Shown: one piece after another, positions 18,916 to 29,178 of the stretch
Numbering within the stretch: the stretch's first letter is position 1
Layout: every line of letters starts with the position of its first letter
DNA from: Ignavibacteriota bacterium
GTDB taxonomy: Bacteria > Bacteroidota > Ignavibacteria > Kapaibacteriales > UBA961
Reading direction: 5' to 3'
Length of the DNA stretch: 56,358 bases
Assembly: GCA_016197185.1 (NCBI GenBank)
Contig: JACPWH010000187.1
Coordinates: 1-56,358, forward strand
Notes under the pieces: model-generated
Database searches by the model: none
The model's input: only the letters and a program-made list of their open reading frames with translations
Told to the model about the DNA's origin: nothing
Position numbers and translations under genes: made by a program

Positions 18916-21900
18916 ATGAAACAAACGTACCGTCTTCTTTCGGGTGTTCTCCTATTTATCCTGCTTCTCATTTTAAGTACATCCTCACTACATGCACAAT
19001 CCATAGTGGTAAGTGAATATAATTATGCACCAGATCCCAAAAACCAATTTACTGAACTCTTGGTCATTCAGGATAATCTTTCAATCGTTGGTTTTACTTT
19101 ACATGATAATACGGCAAATTTGGATCAATGGCAGTCAGGAATACGCTTCAAGGACATTTCCTTATGGAAAAACCTTCGAGCCGGAACAATTATCGTTATT
19201 AACCATCGAGTAAATGGGAATGTAACCGATTTATCTAAAGCGGACGGATACATTGAAGTGGAAGCTGATGACCTAAATGTTTTTGATACACTTACCTTCC
19301 CAAGCGGAGATAATTGGAAAAGCTTATCTCTCATCATCTCTCAAAACGCAGATATAGTTCAAATCCTTGATGCCTCAGGCAATCATGTTCATGCTCTTTC
19401 TCATGGAACCAATATAGGCTATTATGCTACATTACCTCAACCCAAACTTCAGCATCAGGGTACAATTACCGGATATGTCAGAGTGTATCCGGGGAAAGAT
19501 ACTGTAGATTATTCAGGGTCGGGAACTAAGACTTATGAAAGTACAACTAACGGAACCAAAGGACTACCTAATCGGGGTGCATCAGCTTCTGATGATCTTA
19601 ACAGTGGATTTTGGAGGTTTATTCGGCAACCAAGATGGTATGTAAATCCATCTCTTATTTTCACTTTAACCGGAGATAATGTTCATTTATCATGGATTCC
19701 TTCTGCTGATAATTTTCCATCTGATCACACTCAAGGTTATATTGTTCTCTTTGCCCCGGAAACTTCTGTGCATTCTGACAATTCGGTTCCAAAAGACGGA
19801 ATGTCCTACACCGTGGGTGCTAAAATCGGTGGTTGGACAGTCTTAGCAAATATTTTATCAAACGATGCGACCTCATTTGATTATATTATTCCGAATATGC
19901 CTTGTTACCTTAATTATAAATTTCGTGTGGTATCATTTAGATATAGCCAGGATGAAACAGATAATGCTTCTATGTCGGCAAATAGTGCTTTTGCTCGAGG
20001 ACGTTCATATTTTGAAGGATTTGATGGAAATACTATTGTAGAGAAGACGGCAACTGAGTTTCCTGATATTTCAGCTTCAGGTCAATTGTCATTTTGTTCG
20101 GGTAAAAGCGTAACACTTTCAACTACAATGACAGGAGTACCCTTGCAGTGGACCAAAAACAATAGTGATATTCCAGGTGAAACCGGAAATTCATTGCTTG
20201 TCAATACATCCGGTATTTATAGGGTTCGCGCTCTTCTTTCTAACGGTTGTTCAGCAGAATCTGAGTCTAAAGAAGTAAAGGTCTCTTCTCCACCAATTGC
20301 TCAAATAACAGCCAGTTCTCTTCTATTATGCTTAGGTGATTCTATAAGTTTGTTTGCCGGTTCTGCGGACAGCTACGAATGGATTAAAGACGGAGTAACC
20401 ATTCCTTCAGAAACCAATCAAACCTATTATGCAAAGACTATAGGAAGCTACAAAGTGATCGTGAAGAATAGTGAGGGATGCGCCGATACATCAGAGCCTT
20501 CGGTGATTACTGCACGTTCTATAAGTTATTCATTCTTTCCTGATCAACTCGATTTTGGGAATCTCATTGATTGTCAATCAAGTAAACTTGATTCGGTAAA
20601 AGTTCAAAACGATACAAGAGAGGATATTCGCTTTGAAACAATAACCATTTCCAAGGGATACAGTTTAGTTTCACCTACACTTCCGGTCACAATTCGTGAC
20701 GGTAAAACCCTCACTTTTGTTTTTCGATTTACACCACAAAAAAGTGATACAACAACCGGATACGCAGATTTTGTAGTAACTCCATGCAATGTAGCTCGAA
20801 GAATAACATTCACAGGATCGAAAGATATAACTAAAGTATCGTTAAGTACCTCCTCAATCGATTTTGGAACTATTCTTTCATGCGACAACACTGGACGTGA
20901 TACCACTATTGAAATAACAAATAACGGAACTACAGATTTAGTAATTTCGGGGCGAAGTGTAACTCCCGCAGCCGGATATAGTTTGGTCAATAATATCTCT
21001 TTCCCTAAAACTGCCAAACCAGGAGAAAAGATACCGATAACTATTAACTTCAGTTCCGGTAATGACGGAACATTCTCTTCCGAACTTGCAATCAGTTATA
21101 CAATCGGAACTTGCAATGATACTTTACGAGTGAAATTACAAGGTATTATAACCACACCTGTATTCACAACCAATTTACAAAACATAGATTTCATTCCTCT
21201 TCAAGCATGTGATTCACTTCGGGATACCACAATTGTACTCACAAATCCGGGTTTGATTCCTTTGGTAATCAGTAAACCATCAAGTAACCCTAATATACAG
21301 TTTCTCAACCTTCCTCTTGTCATCAATCCAAATTTAAGCGCAAAATTAAGGGTGAGGTTTCAACCGATCAGCCAAGTAAATATTACTGGGGATATTATCC
21401 CGATTGTTGCGGACAAGTGTAATTCTACAACAAATTTTACTATAAATGGATCGAAACAAGGAACTACTTTCTCTTTGAGTTCAACGGATATTGATTTTGG
21501 TGATGTGACTAATTGCTCCCAAAGCACATTAACACAATCGATCTCTCTTAAAATAGACGGATTGTCGATAGGAACAAAAGTATCAACCGTCACTGTTCCA
21601 AAACAATTCTCAATTGATCTTAGTAATGGACAGTCTGTAACTGACCTGCAGCAAATTACATTGTCATTTACTCCTACAACGATAGGCGAATTTGCCGATT
21701 CTATCGGTATTACTTTCGAACCGTGCAGTATTGTGAAATTTGTAAAAGTACATGGTAGGCGAATTTCTACAGAATATACTATTACTTCACTTCTTACGGA
21801 TTTTGGAACCGTTGACACCGGGACTATATCAGCTCAACAAACTGTTGAAATAAAGAATACAGGGGATGCTCCGTTTCATTTAAGTTCTATAGATGGTATT

Positions 21901-22836
21901 CTTCCACCTTTTTTACTTGTTAATTCCAGCAAGCCATACCCTGTTACACTTGGCATAGATGAAAGTATATTGTTAACATTCACCTATTCTCCAGTGAAGG
22001 ATGTGCATGATTCAATTCCATTAAAATTCATTGTTGACAAACCTTGTGATACATTTCAGATTGCGAGTTTAGTAGGAACTGGCAAAGTAGAACCGCCCCC
22101 ACCGCCACCGGATACTATTAGAACTTCGGTTTCGTTAAAAATAGCAAATGGAACAGCTTCTGTTGGTTCAAAAGTTCTATTTCCGATTACGATTGCATCA
22201 TCAGATATTGCTCTCTCAAAAACATACAAAATGAGTACAGATATAAGTTACAATCCTCGTTTACTTATGCCAAAAGCAGTACGGATAGGAGGTGATCAGG
22301 ATGGATTTGTGGCTTCCTTTGCCGATGTAATTCCAGGGCAGACAAGATTAACGATTGAAAACCCTGATGGAGTAAACTCTACGAAATTTATTAATCCGGG
22401 TACATTAGCAGAATTTGAGTGTGAAGCACTGTTGGGAGACCAATTGACAACCAATCTTACTTTTAGTAATGAAACTTTCTCAAGATTAGCCCTTTCAACA
22501 GTTTCAATAACTGAGGTGTCCGGTTCTTTTATACTTTCTGGTGATTGCGCATTAGACAGTAGAAAGGTAGCTGTTGGTGGATATGTCACTCTCTCTTTGA
22601 AATCAAATGCTCCTGATAATATAGAACTAGAATTCGAAACTGTCAGTGAAGAAAGAACATTGCTACTTCTCTATTCAAGTATTGGTTCGTTAATAGAAAG
22701 AATCATCGACCAACCACTTAAATACGGTAAACACTCTATAAATATTTCAATTAGTTCAATAACTGATGGGATATATTATGCAGTACTTCGTTCCGGAACA
22801 AGTGTGAAGGTTTTACCTATTATTATACAAAACTAA
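18916..22836 (+). CDS. Large secreted cell-surface protein (1306 aa): LTD-like N-terminus, two Ig-like Cys modules, five tandem choice-of-anchor-D-type repeats, a poly-Pro linker, a cohesin-like domain and a T9SS type-A CTD
   Basis: Signal peptide ...STSSLHAQ. The N-terminus IVVSEYNYAPDPKNQFTELLVIQ is lamin-tail-domain-like. Ig-like modules: FCSGKSVTLS...GCSAES and LCLGDSISLF...GCADTS. Linker EPPPPPPD. Cohesin-like stretch VSLKIANGTASVGSKVLFPITIASS...TDISYNPRLL. C-terminus ...LLLLYSSIGSLIERI...GIYYAVLRSGTSVKVLPIIIQN. Confidence 0.85.
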   Translation: MKQTYRLLSGVLLFILLLILSTSSLHAQSIVVSEYNYAPDPKNQFTELLVIQDNLSIVGFTLHDNTANLDQWQSGIRFKDISLWKNLRAGTIIVINHRVNGNVTDLSKADGYIEVEADDLNVFDTLTFPSGDNWKSLSLIISQNADIVQILDASGNHVHALSHGTNIGYYATLPQPKLQHQGTITGYVRVYPGKDTVDYSGSGTKTYESTTNGTKGLPNRGASASDDLNSGFWRFIRQPRWYVNPSLIFTLTGDNVHLSWIPSADNFPSDHTQGYIVLFAPETSVHSDNSVPKDGMSYTVGAKIGGWTVLANILSNDATSFDYIIPNMPCYLNYKFRVVSFRYSQDETDNASMSANSAFARGRSYFEGFDGNTIVEKTATEFPDISASGQLSFCSGKSVTLSTTMTGVPLQWTKNNSDIPGETGNSLLVNTSGIYRVRALLSNGCSAESESKEVKVSSPPIAQITASSLLLCLGDSISLFAGSADSYEWIKDGVTIPSETNQTYYAKTIGSYKVIVKNSEGCADTSEPSVITARSISYSFFPDQLDFGNLIDCQSSKLDSVKVQNDTREDIRFETITISKGYSLVSPTLPVTIRDGKTLTFVFRFTPQKSDTTTGYADFVVTPCNVARRITFTGSKDITKVSLSTSSIDFGTILSCDNTGRDTTIEITNNGTTDLVISGRSVTPAAGYSLVNNISFPKTAKPGEKIPITINFSSGNDGTFSSELAISYTIGTCNDTLRVKLQGIITTPVFTTNLQNIDFIPLQACDSLRDTTIVLTNPGLIPLVISKPSSNPNIQFLNLPLVINPNLSAKLRVRFQPISQVNITGDIIPIVADKCNSTTNFTINGSKQGTTFSLSSTDIDFGDVTNCSQSTLTQSISLKIDGLSIGTKVSTVTVPKQFSIDLSNGQSVTDLQQITLSFTPTTIGEFADSIGITFEPCSIVKFVKVHGRRISTEYTITSLLTDFGTVDTGTISAQQTVEIKNTGDAPFHLSSIDGILPPFLLVNSSKPYPVTLGIDESILLTFTYSPVKDVHDSIPLKFIVDKPCDTFQIASLVGTGKVEPPPPPPDTIRTSVSLKIANGTASVGSKVLFPITIASSDIALSKTYKMSTDISYNPRLLMPKAVRIGGDQDGFVASFADVIPGQTRLTIENPDGVNSTKFINPGTLAEFECEALLGDQLTTNLTFSNETFSRLALSTVSITEVSGSFILSGDCALDSRKVAVGGYVTLSLKSNAPDNIELEFETVSEERTLLLLYSSIGSLIERIIDQPLKYGKHSINISISSITDGIYYAVLRSGTSVKVLPIIIQN
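20545..22080 (+). repeat. Five tandem ~95-aa protein repeats (coding) inside the 1306-aa gene, most with a conserved Cys pair
   Basis: Repeat starts are LDFGNLIDCQSS, IDFGTILSCDNT, IDFIPLQACDSL, IDFGDVTNCSQS and TDFGTVDTGTIS. Repeat ends are TPCNV, GTCND, DKCNS, EPCSI and KPCDT. The repeats are divergent at the nucleotide level. Confidence 0.6.
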
Positions 22837-22860
22837 TTTTGTTAATAAATCGGCTTTCTT

Positions 22861-25143
22861 TCAATTTCTCAATACTTCAAATGCACGGAAGTACTTACCT
22901 TTTCGATCTAGTTCAAATGTTGCAGGATATTCTTTTTCGTAGGTAATGTTCGGAGAAGTACCTGCTGCAATAAATACACTTCCTGCCGGTAATTCAATGG
23001 TAGTGTTCTCTTCTGTCCGTTCAAAGAGAACAGATTTTACTGCTCCAAATTCATCAAGTTTTGCTTCAAGGGGTACCATGTTCTCGACAATTTCTATCCC
23101 CTCCTCAAGAGCTTCATGTACTTCTTCATGATTCAATCTATATGCAGGTGCATCTTGTAATCGTTTTCTATAAACGAGTTTCACACCTCCCCAACTTTTT
23201 AAGAGAGGAAGAAAATTAGGTATTTCTCCATTTTCTTCTGCCCGTTTTCTTTCAGCAATAATTTGCTTCCCATGTTCATAATATTTTTGTGCAAGAATAG
23301 TTTCTTCACGATCAAAAAGAGAATGAAAACCATTTTCCCCAAGTGATTTTTTTAATTCGTCAGCCTCTATTACAAATTTTTCCACTTGAACGGGATAATA
23401 TGCAAGTGCTTCTGTTGCTGTATCAATTGCTGTAAGTCCACCGCCAATTACAATTGCCGGCAGGTTTATTTGCAGATTTGCAAGTGAATCATATTTTGCA
23501 GCACCTGTTAACTGCAATGCCATTAGGAAATCCGATGCCTTACGAATCCCCCTTGACAGGTTATTCTTCATATCAATGATTGTAGGTTTTCCAGCTCCTG
23601 TTGCAAGTGCAATGTGATCAAAACCTAACTCCCATGCATCATCTATTGTTATTGTACCTCCAAAACGTACACCGTCAAGTATTGTGAATGTATTCCTTCT
23701 GTAAAGTAGTAAATGGAGTACAGTAAGAAAATTTTTATCCCACCTAACTGTAATTCCATATTCACTCACCCCGCCGAATCCTTCCAGAACACGTTCATTC
23801 AGTTCCTTTTCAATTTCTTTTTTATAGTTATAGATAGGAACCGGGGGCCGGTTTTCACTTCCTGTCATTTCGACTGGAAACGGTTCTATCTTTAACCCGT
23901 CGATTCCTACAACGGCAAAACCTTCGTTTAATAAGTAATGAGATAGTGTATATCCTGCCGGACCAAGCCCGACCACCATTACTTTCTTACCATTGTATGG
24001 CAATGCGTAGGGTCTGTTAATATTTAATGGATTCCAGCGTGTGAGTAATCCATAGATTTCGAATCCCCATGGTAAATTTAGAACATCGGTCAACACTGAT
24101 GTTTCTATTTGAGGGATGTTAACCGGATCTTGTTTTTGAAATATGCATCCCTTCATACAGTCGTTACAGATTCGATGACCTGTGCCGGCACACATAGGAT
24201 TGTCAAGTACTACCATTGCAAGAGCACCAATTACATAACCATGTTCCTTCAATGAATGCATTTCCGATATACGTTCATCTAAAGGGCATCCCGTTATATC
24301 TATTCCAAGAGGATTTTTCTTGATAGAACCATCTTTTTCGTTCATTCCTGTCGAGCATGAATCTTTCTCTCGTTCATGGCAAATCAGACAATACTCAATT
24401 TCTGAAGTTATTTGGCGAGTTGAATCTCTTTTATCTGTTAATGCAAAACCGTTTCTTCTTCGAGTATGTGGCGAGGTGATTACTTCTTGAATTTCAAATT
24501 CAGGGCGAACTATCTCCACCAAATTTTCAAAATCCAGTTTATCTGGTATTTGTGAAGTTATCCATGTTGTAAGAGATTCCGGCAGGAGATGCCGTCTTAG
24601 AAAATAGTATTCCTCTAAAAGTTCTAGATTACTTCTGTCTTCTGCTCTTTCGTTTATTTTAATCTCATCTATATAGTTTGTAACTAACCTTGCAAAGCCC
24701 AGTTCCTCATCCTTCCAATCAAATTGTGCAAATTTTTCTAGTTCGACCTTATAGTTAGATGATAATTCTTCATATCGTTCGTAACTCGTAATTTCAGGTT
24801 TGTCTTTTTTCTTGAGAATCCCTTTTTTAATAAACTCTCTTTTGAGTCTCATAATGAGTTCTTCACTATGGAATTTCTGTTGTATCAAACCGGCTTCTTT
24901 TTCTATCCCAAAAAGCTTTATGATAAATGATTCTACCGCTCTTGATGTATCAATTAGAATTTGTGATATTTCTGTTTTTTTTAATCCTGTTTCTTTTTGA
25001 TAACGGTATTTTTCAAATAAGGCAAATGATTCAGGTGATCTTTCTTTGTAAAAACTGTCAAACTCCAAAGTCAATTCACATAATTTAAATGGATTGTATA
25101 GATCATTATATGAAAATTGGTTTATTCCTAATTCTAAAAGCAT
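22861..25143 (-). CDS. GltD-like (glutamate synthase small-subunit-like) FAD/NAD(P)H pyridine-nucleotide oxidoreductase with Cys-rich Fe-S motifs and a ~250-aa N-terminal helical extension
   Basis: 760 aa, ATG start, no signal peptide. Cys clusters CLICHEREKDSCS...TGCP and CAGTGHRICNDCMKGC. Two Rossmann motifs: KKVMVVGLGPAGYTLSHYLLNEGFAVVGIDG and AIVIGGGLTAIDTATEA. Confidence 0.8.
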   Translation of the reverse strand: MLLELGINQFSYNDLYNPFKLCELTLEFDSFYKERSPESFALFEKYRYQKETGLKKTEISQILIDTSRAVESFIIKLFGIEKEAGLIQQKFHSEELIMRLKREFIKKGILKKKDKPEITSYERYEELSSNYKVELEKFAQFDWKDEELGFARLVTNYIDEIKINERAEDRSNLELLEEYYFLRRHLLPESLTTWITSQIPDKLDFENLVEIVRPEFEIQEVITSPHTRRRNGFALTDKRDSTRQITSEIEYCLICHEREKDSCSTGMNEKDGSIKKNPLGIDITGCPLDERISEMHSLKEHGYVIGALAMVVLDNPMCAGTGHRICNDCMKGCIFQKQDPVNIPQIETSVLTDVLNLPWGFEIYGLLTRWNPLNINRPYALPYNGKKVMVVGLGPAGYTLSHYLLNEGFAVVGIDGLKIEPFPVEMTGSENRPPVPIYNYKKEIEKELNERVLEGFGGVSEYGITVRWDKNFLTVLHLLLYRRNTFTILDGVRFGGTITIDDAWELGFDHIALATGAGKPTIIDMKNNLSRGIRKASDFLMALQLTGAAKYDSLANLQINLPAIVIGGGLTAIDTATEALAYYPVQVEKFVIEADELKKSLGENGFHSLFDREETILAQKYYEHGKQIIAERKRAEENGEIPNFLPLLKSWGGVKLVYRKRLQDAPAYRLNHEEVHEALEEGIEIVENMVPLEAKLDEFGAVKSVLFERTEENTTIELPAGSVFIAAGTSPNITYEKEYPATFELDRKGKYFRAFEVLRN

Positions 25144-25164
25144 ATTTTACTTTGAATATCGAGT

Positions 25165-25968
25165 TTATCTGACTATCATAATTTTGTAATTTGCATTCAT
25201 TCCGGTAGGTTTTTGTACCATAAGATAGTATGCTCCAGATGCAAGATTTTGTACGTCAATGTTATCATTGTTTTCGTTTGAAATACCTGACCAAATCGTT
25301 GAGCCGGTGGGGGAATATATAGTAATTTTGCTGTTTGCTATTGTCCTTACATTAATTAAATCGCTTTCCCGCTCATAATAAACATTATCAATATCAGCAA
25401 TTTCATTATTGATATTATTAACAACAGATTCAATATTATACCATACTGATATATAGAATTTTTTAAGTGCTGTATTTATACTTGGTCCGCTTCTTTTTTC
25501 ATCAAATGGAAATGATGCAATAACTCCGCCCAGGTCATCAGCAAAACGTGCTGAATCAATATATTTTGCTAGTGGATATTCCCATGAAATATAGAATGGG
25601 TCATATCCTCTTAATTCCTGCGGTATTACATCAAATTGATATTTAATCATAAATTTCTTTGTGGGTGGTATTCTTCTATAATCTTTATAGCTAATTCCTG
25701 TTCCAAAGCCATCTGATATTACCAGACCTGCATGAAACCCACTAGGTGGGTGTTGAGGTAGATCAACTTCTCCAAGATTGTAATCTATCGAATCTGTCGC
25801 TCTATCGTCAATCCCAACAATCAACGGTCTTACTACAACGGGTTTTCCTACTGTATCCGAAGCATTGAATTTAAGTTCAACCGTAAATTGACCTTTTAAT
25901 AGTAGTGGCGTACATATTAAAGCAGTAAATACTATGAAATAGGCTCTAATAGATTTATTGATTTTCAT
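25165..25968 (-). CDS. Small secreted T9SS cargo (267 aa) consisting of one ELPPxPP-type module plus a CTD
   Basis: Signal peptide ...CTPLLLKGQ. Module motif LGEVDLPQHPPSGFHAGL ... FYISWEYP. The CTD-like end reads KITIYSPTGSTIW...LASGAYYLMVQKPTGMNANYKIMIVR. The stop lies 21 nt before the oxidoreductase ATG. Confidence 0.8.
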   Translation of the reverse strand: MKINKSIRAYFIVFTALICTPLLLKGQFTVELKFNASDTVGKPVVVRPLIVGIDDRATDSIDYNLGEVDLPQHPPSGFHAGLVISDGFGTGISYKDYRRIPPTKKFMIKYQFDVIPQELRGYDPFYISWEYPLAKYIDSARFADDLGGVIASFPFDEKRSGPSINTALKKFYISVWYNIESVVNNINNEIADIDNVYYERESDLINVRTIANSKITIYSPTGSTIWSGISNENNDNIDVQNLASGAYYLMVQKPTGMNANYKIMIVR

Positions 25969-25987
25969 ACTTGAATTTATTTGTTTT

Positions 25988-26026
25988 AATAAAAAATGGG
26001 CAACGGAGACTATCTCTGTTGCCCAT
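25988..26026 (-). terminator. Strong intrinsic terminator after the 1029-aa gene
   Basis: ATGGGCAACGGAGA (25996-26009) pairs with TCTCTGTTGCCCAT (26013-26026), a 14-bp stem with one G-U pair and a 3-nt loop. On the transcribed (minus) strand a TTTTT-A-TT tail follows. It sits 35 nt after the stop at 26061. Confidence 0.7.
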
Positions 26027-26060
26027 CTTCATGTTATTGTTTCAACAAGACAATCTGATC

Positions 26061-29000
26061 TTAGCGAATAACCGTAAGAACTGTATTTGTAGAAACATCT
26101 CCTGTTGCCATTCTGATTGTATATTGACCGCTTGGCAATGCAACTGTTTCAAATGGAACTGAATAAGTATCAGCATTTTTGAACTCTTGTACTAAAGTAG
26201 CTACTTCGATACCGAGCATATTATATACTTTTAGAGTTACAAATCCATTTTGAGGTACAACATATTCAACTGTTGTCAAACCATTTGCAGGGTTAGGTAC
26301 AGTTGAAATCAATGAGCCTGTAAGCTGCACATCTGATTTTAATAATTTAACAGCTTCAATATTTTGGTCTTTAATAATTACCGTTGAGTTTGAACTATTA
26401 ATTGTACCTAATGATTTGCCTGTTATAATATCAACTACAGTATATGTAGCTTTTGGATCTTGTACTGTAATTGATACAGGATATTCAACACCCTGGAATC
26501 TTACAACAGGAATTGTTGAATTTTCAGCATTTGCATTGTTTGTAAAACGAGCATCGAATAGACCCATCGGAGGCAATGGAGGTAATTCAAAAGCACGTAC
26601 ATCTTTTACATTAGATAAATACAAGTCGTTTGAATGATCTGCTTTATCACTGATTGTAACTTTAGTGCTTGAATTAATTATTGATTGTTTTTCATAATTA
26701 ATATCATCAGCATATTTAACCCCTGATGGAGCAGTCAATTTCAAATAACCGTCATCTGACACAAATATCCAATACCCAAGACCGGGAAGAATTTCTGTAG
26801 TCTCATAGTATCCTCTATCTGTTTTATAACCATAAACACTTTTGATAGGCTTATTAGGAATCGAAGTATTATATGGATCAAAATCAATTGCTGATACTGG
26901 AAGAGGAACACTCAATCCACCAATTGTATTCCATCCCGGAGAAAGACGTACAGGGTTCGTTGTTGCGTTAATTCTATTAATTCTAACACCTGCAACTCTT
27001 GAATCCAAATATTGACCATATTTAATGAAGTATCCTACACCTGCATGAAGTATTTCTTCATTTTGATATGATTGTTGGTAGAATTTATATGGCTGACCAC
27101 CAACTGAATTTGGGTATATAGACGAAGCTCTCAAATCGGACGGAAGAACGGGCAAAGACAATAAGTTCCATCCTTTATTGATAACAGGGAATGATACTAT
27201 CTTAGGCAATGTATATTCTACAACAAATGATGTAATTCTAGCATCTCTGATTGTAAATGACATTCCAGTAGCTGTTGGAGTAGAATTTCTCATATCAACG
27301 CTAAATATTGAGCCATTGAGCGTATCTCTTAAGAATAATTGTGATCCGTCGGGAAAATCTTGTGGATCCCAATTTATAATAATCGGATAATTCTGAGCAC
27401 CATCGGCATTAAATCTTGCTAAAAATAGAATTGATGAGTCAACACCATCATCACGTATATCTCGTGAATGTGAGCGTTGTGCAACACTTCCTTCATTTTC
27501 AATAGGAATTTCGCTAAAACCGTAAGGGGCTATTTCGTTTCCACCAGCATCCTGAACATTTGGATTGAACCATCGTGCATAGAAACCTGTTGGAGGATTT
27601 CTATAAAAGTCTTCACCAAATAAACTGTCAATTCCATCAGTAGCACGGTACCCAGTTCCAAATACTAAATCATTTGATTCTCCGCCTGTACCTTTAGAAT
27701 TAGTAACAGTTAGACGAATACCCCAATCTCTTCCTTGTCTTGGAGCTTTGTATGGGTCAAGAGGATTACGGAAATATATAAATACAACCTTTAATTGTAC
27801 AGGAGAAATAACTGCTGAACCTGAAGAGAACGTTATATAGCCTGTGTAAACACCAGCATATTCTTCACCTGCTTTTCTTAAACTGTCATCTCTGCAGACA
27901 ACACGCATAGTCATAATCTGTTGAGCAGATGCGACCTGATTTCTAGCATCCTTCAAGTTTGGAGGCACAGGACCGTTTATACCATTATCCAAAAACGCTG
28001 CCTTCCCATCTCTGGTTAGTGATGGAAAAGGATTATACCCGTTAGGCAAAGATCTAAACCAAAGCCATGATGCACTTGATTGAGCTGTCATATATGTTAA
28101 TCTACTTCTTGGGGTAGAATTAACAACTAGAATATCCCTTGTTCCATATTTACCAGTGTTTTGACTCGAATCAACTACAATTGGTCTTACAATTTCCCAT
28201 AATGATCCGTCAGGTATATTTTCATTCTGACGGACTTCATTGTTGGTACCACCAATCACATCCCTAAAACCGACAGCAGGGTTTTCGCCTACGTTCACCC
28301 AAATTAAACCTGATTTACTAGGATAATCGGGATAATCATCTGATGTCAAGTTAATTCCGGCTAAACCAATCGTTGGGTTTTTATCTAAGCGATAAAATTT
28401 ATTTCCGTAAGGGTTATTAGCATCACCTTGTGATACCAATGGAAACGGATCATCAATACCTACACGAAATTCACCATAACGAAGGGAATCATTAGTAATA
28501 TACATTGGGGATTTTTCAGCACCACTGTATTTTGCAGGATCGCTTTGCAATTTTTGTTTCGACAATGTTACTTTAAATTTCACATAAAGTAATACTTGAT
28601 ACTGACCATTTTCGTCCGTTAAAGGAAGTCTGCGGTTTGAACGACCTGTGATAAACATTCTTCTACCATATTTCGTTTCAGCATCTGCAGCACCGGTTAG
28701 GTACACTCTATAACGGGTAGGATCTGCCTTGTCATCAATCTCCAATTCGAAATCTTTAGCAAGTGCTGTTATGTCACCACCTATAGGGTCAGTTAATTGG
28801 ACACCATTTGATTGCATAACACGACCATCATACAACAAACCGAATGAGAAACTATATATAGGATAACCACCGAATCTCGCTTCGGTAATCATGGTAGAAT
28901 CCCACCATAAGTTTTGAAGAAAGACAGGAACTAAAATCTCCCGTTCTTTAACATCTGAAAAACCTAACCAAATTCTTCCATCAGAATAAATTTGATTATT

Positions 29001-29150
29001 ATATCCATTGTTTTGTCCCAAAAGCGACAATCTTGGAATATCTGCTTTTTGCAAAGCATGTAGCTGACTGTTCGTAATGAACAGTGAGCAAGCCGACAAC
29101 AACATTACTATAAGTAATTTGTTCTGCAATTGTAAAAATTGCTTCTTCAT
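26061..29150 (-). CDS. Secreted T9SS cargo (1029 aa) with two ELPPxPP-type modules; otherwise no recognisable domain
   Basis: I chose the ATG at 29148-29150. It is preceded by AAGGAGAGAG and gives the signal peptide MKKQFLQLQNKLLIVMLLSACSLFITNSQLHA. The upstream ATG at 29219 would overlap the previous gene by 41 nt. The CTD reads VPNPANGLTTVEYVVPQNGFVTLKVYNMLGIEVATL...GQYTIRMATGDVSTNTVLTVIR. Confidence 0.85.
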   Translation of the reverse strand: MKKQFLQLQNKLLIVMLLSACSLFITNSQLHALQKADIPRLSLLGQNNGYNNQIYSDGRIWLGFSDVKEREILVPVFLQNLWWDSTMITEARFGGYPIYSFSFGLLYDGRVMQSNGVQLTDPIGGDITALAKDFELEIDDKADPTRYRVYLTGAADAETKYGRRMFITGRSNRRLPLTDENGQYQVLLYVKFKVTLSKQKLQSDPAKYSGAEKSPMYITNDSLRYGEFRVGIDDPFPLVSQGDANNPYGNKFYRLDKNPTIGLAGINLTSDDYPDYPSKSGLIWVNVGENPAVGFRDVIGGTNNEVRQNENIPDGSLWEIVRPIVVDSSQNTGKYGTRDILVVNSTPRSRLTYMTAQSSASWLWFRSLPNGYNPFPSLTRDGKAAFLDNGINGPVPPNLKDARNQVASAQQIMTMRVVCRDDSLRKAGEEYAGVYTGYITFSSGSAVISPVQLKVVFIYFRNPLDPYKAPRQGRDWGIRLTVTNSKGTGGESNDLVFGTGYRATDGIDSLFGEDFYRNPPTGFYARWFNPNVQDAGGNEIAPYGFSEIPIENEGSVAQRSHSRDIRDDGVDSSILFLARFNADGAQNYPIIINWDPQDFPDGSQLFLRDTLNGSIFSVDMRNSTPTATGMSFTIRDARITSFVVEYTLPKIVSFPVINKGWNLLSLPVLPSDLRASSIYPNSVGGQPYKFYQQSYQNEEILHAGVGYFIKYGQYLDSRVAGVRINRINATTNPVRLSPGWNTIGGLSVPLPVSAIDFDPYNTSIPNKPIKSVYGYKTDRGYYETTEILPGLGYWIFVSDDGYLKLTAPSGVKYADDINYEKQSIINSSTKVTISDKADHSNDLYLSNVKDVRAFELPPLPPMGLFDARFTNNANAENSTIPVVRFQGVEYPVSITVQDPKATYTVVDIITGKSLGTINSSNSTVIIKDQNIEAVKLLKSDVQLTGSLISTVPNPANGLTTVEYVVPQNGFVTLKVYNMLGIEVATLVQEFKNADTYSVPFETVALPSGQYTIRMATGDVSTNTVLTVIR

Positions 29151-29178
29151 AACTCTCTCCTTGATATTGTAAGAAGAT

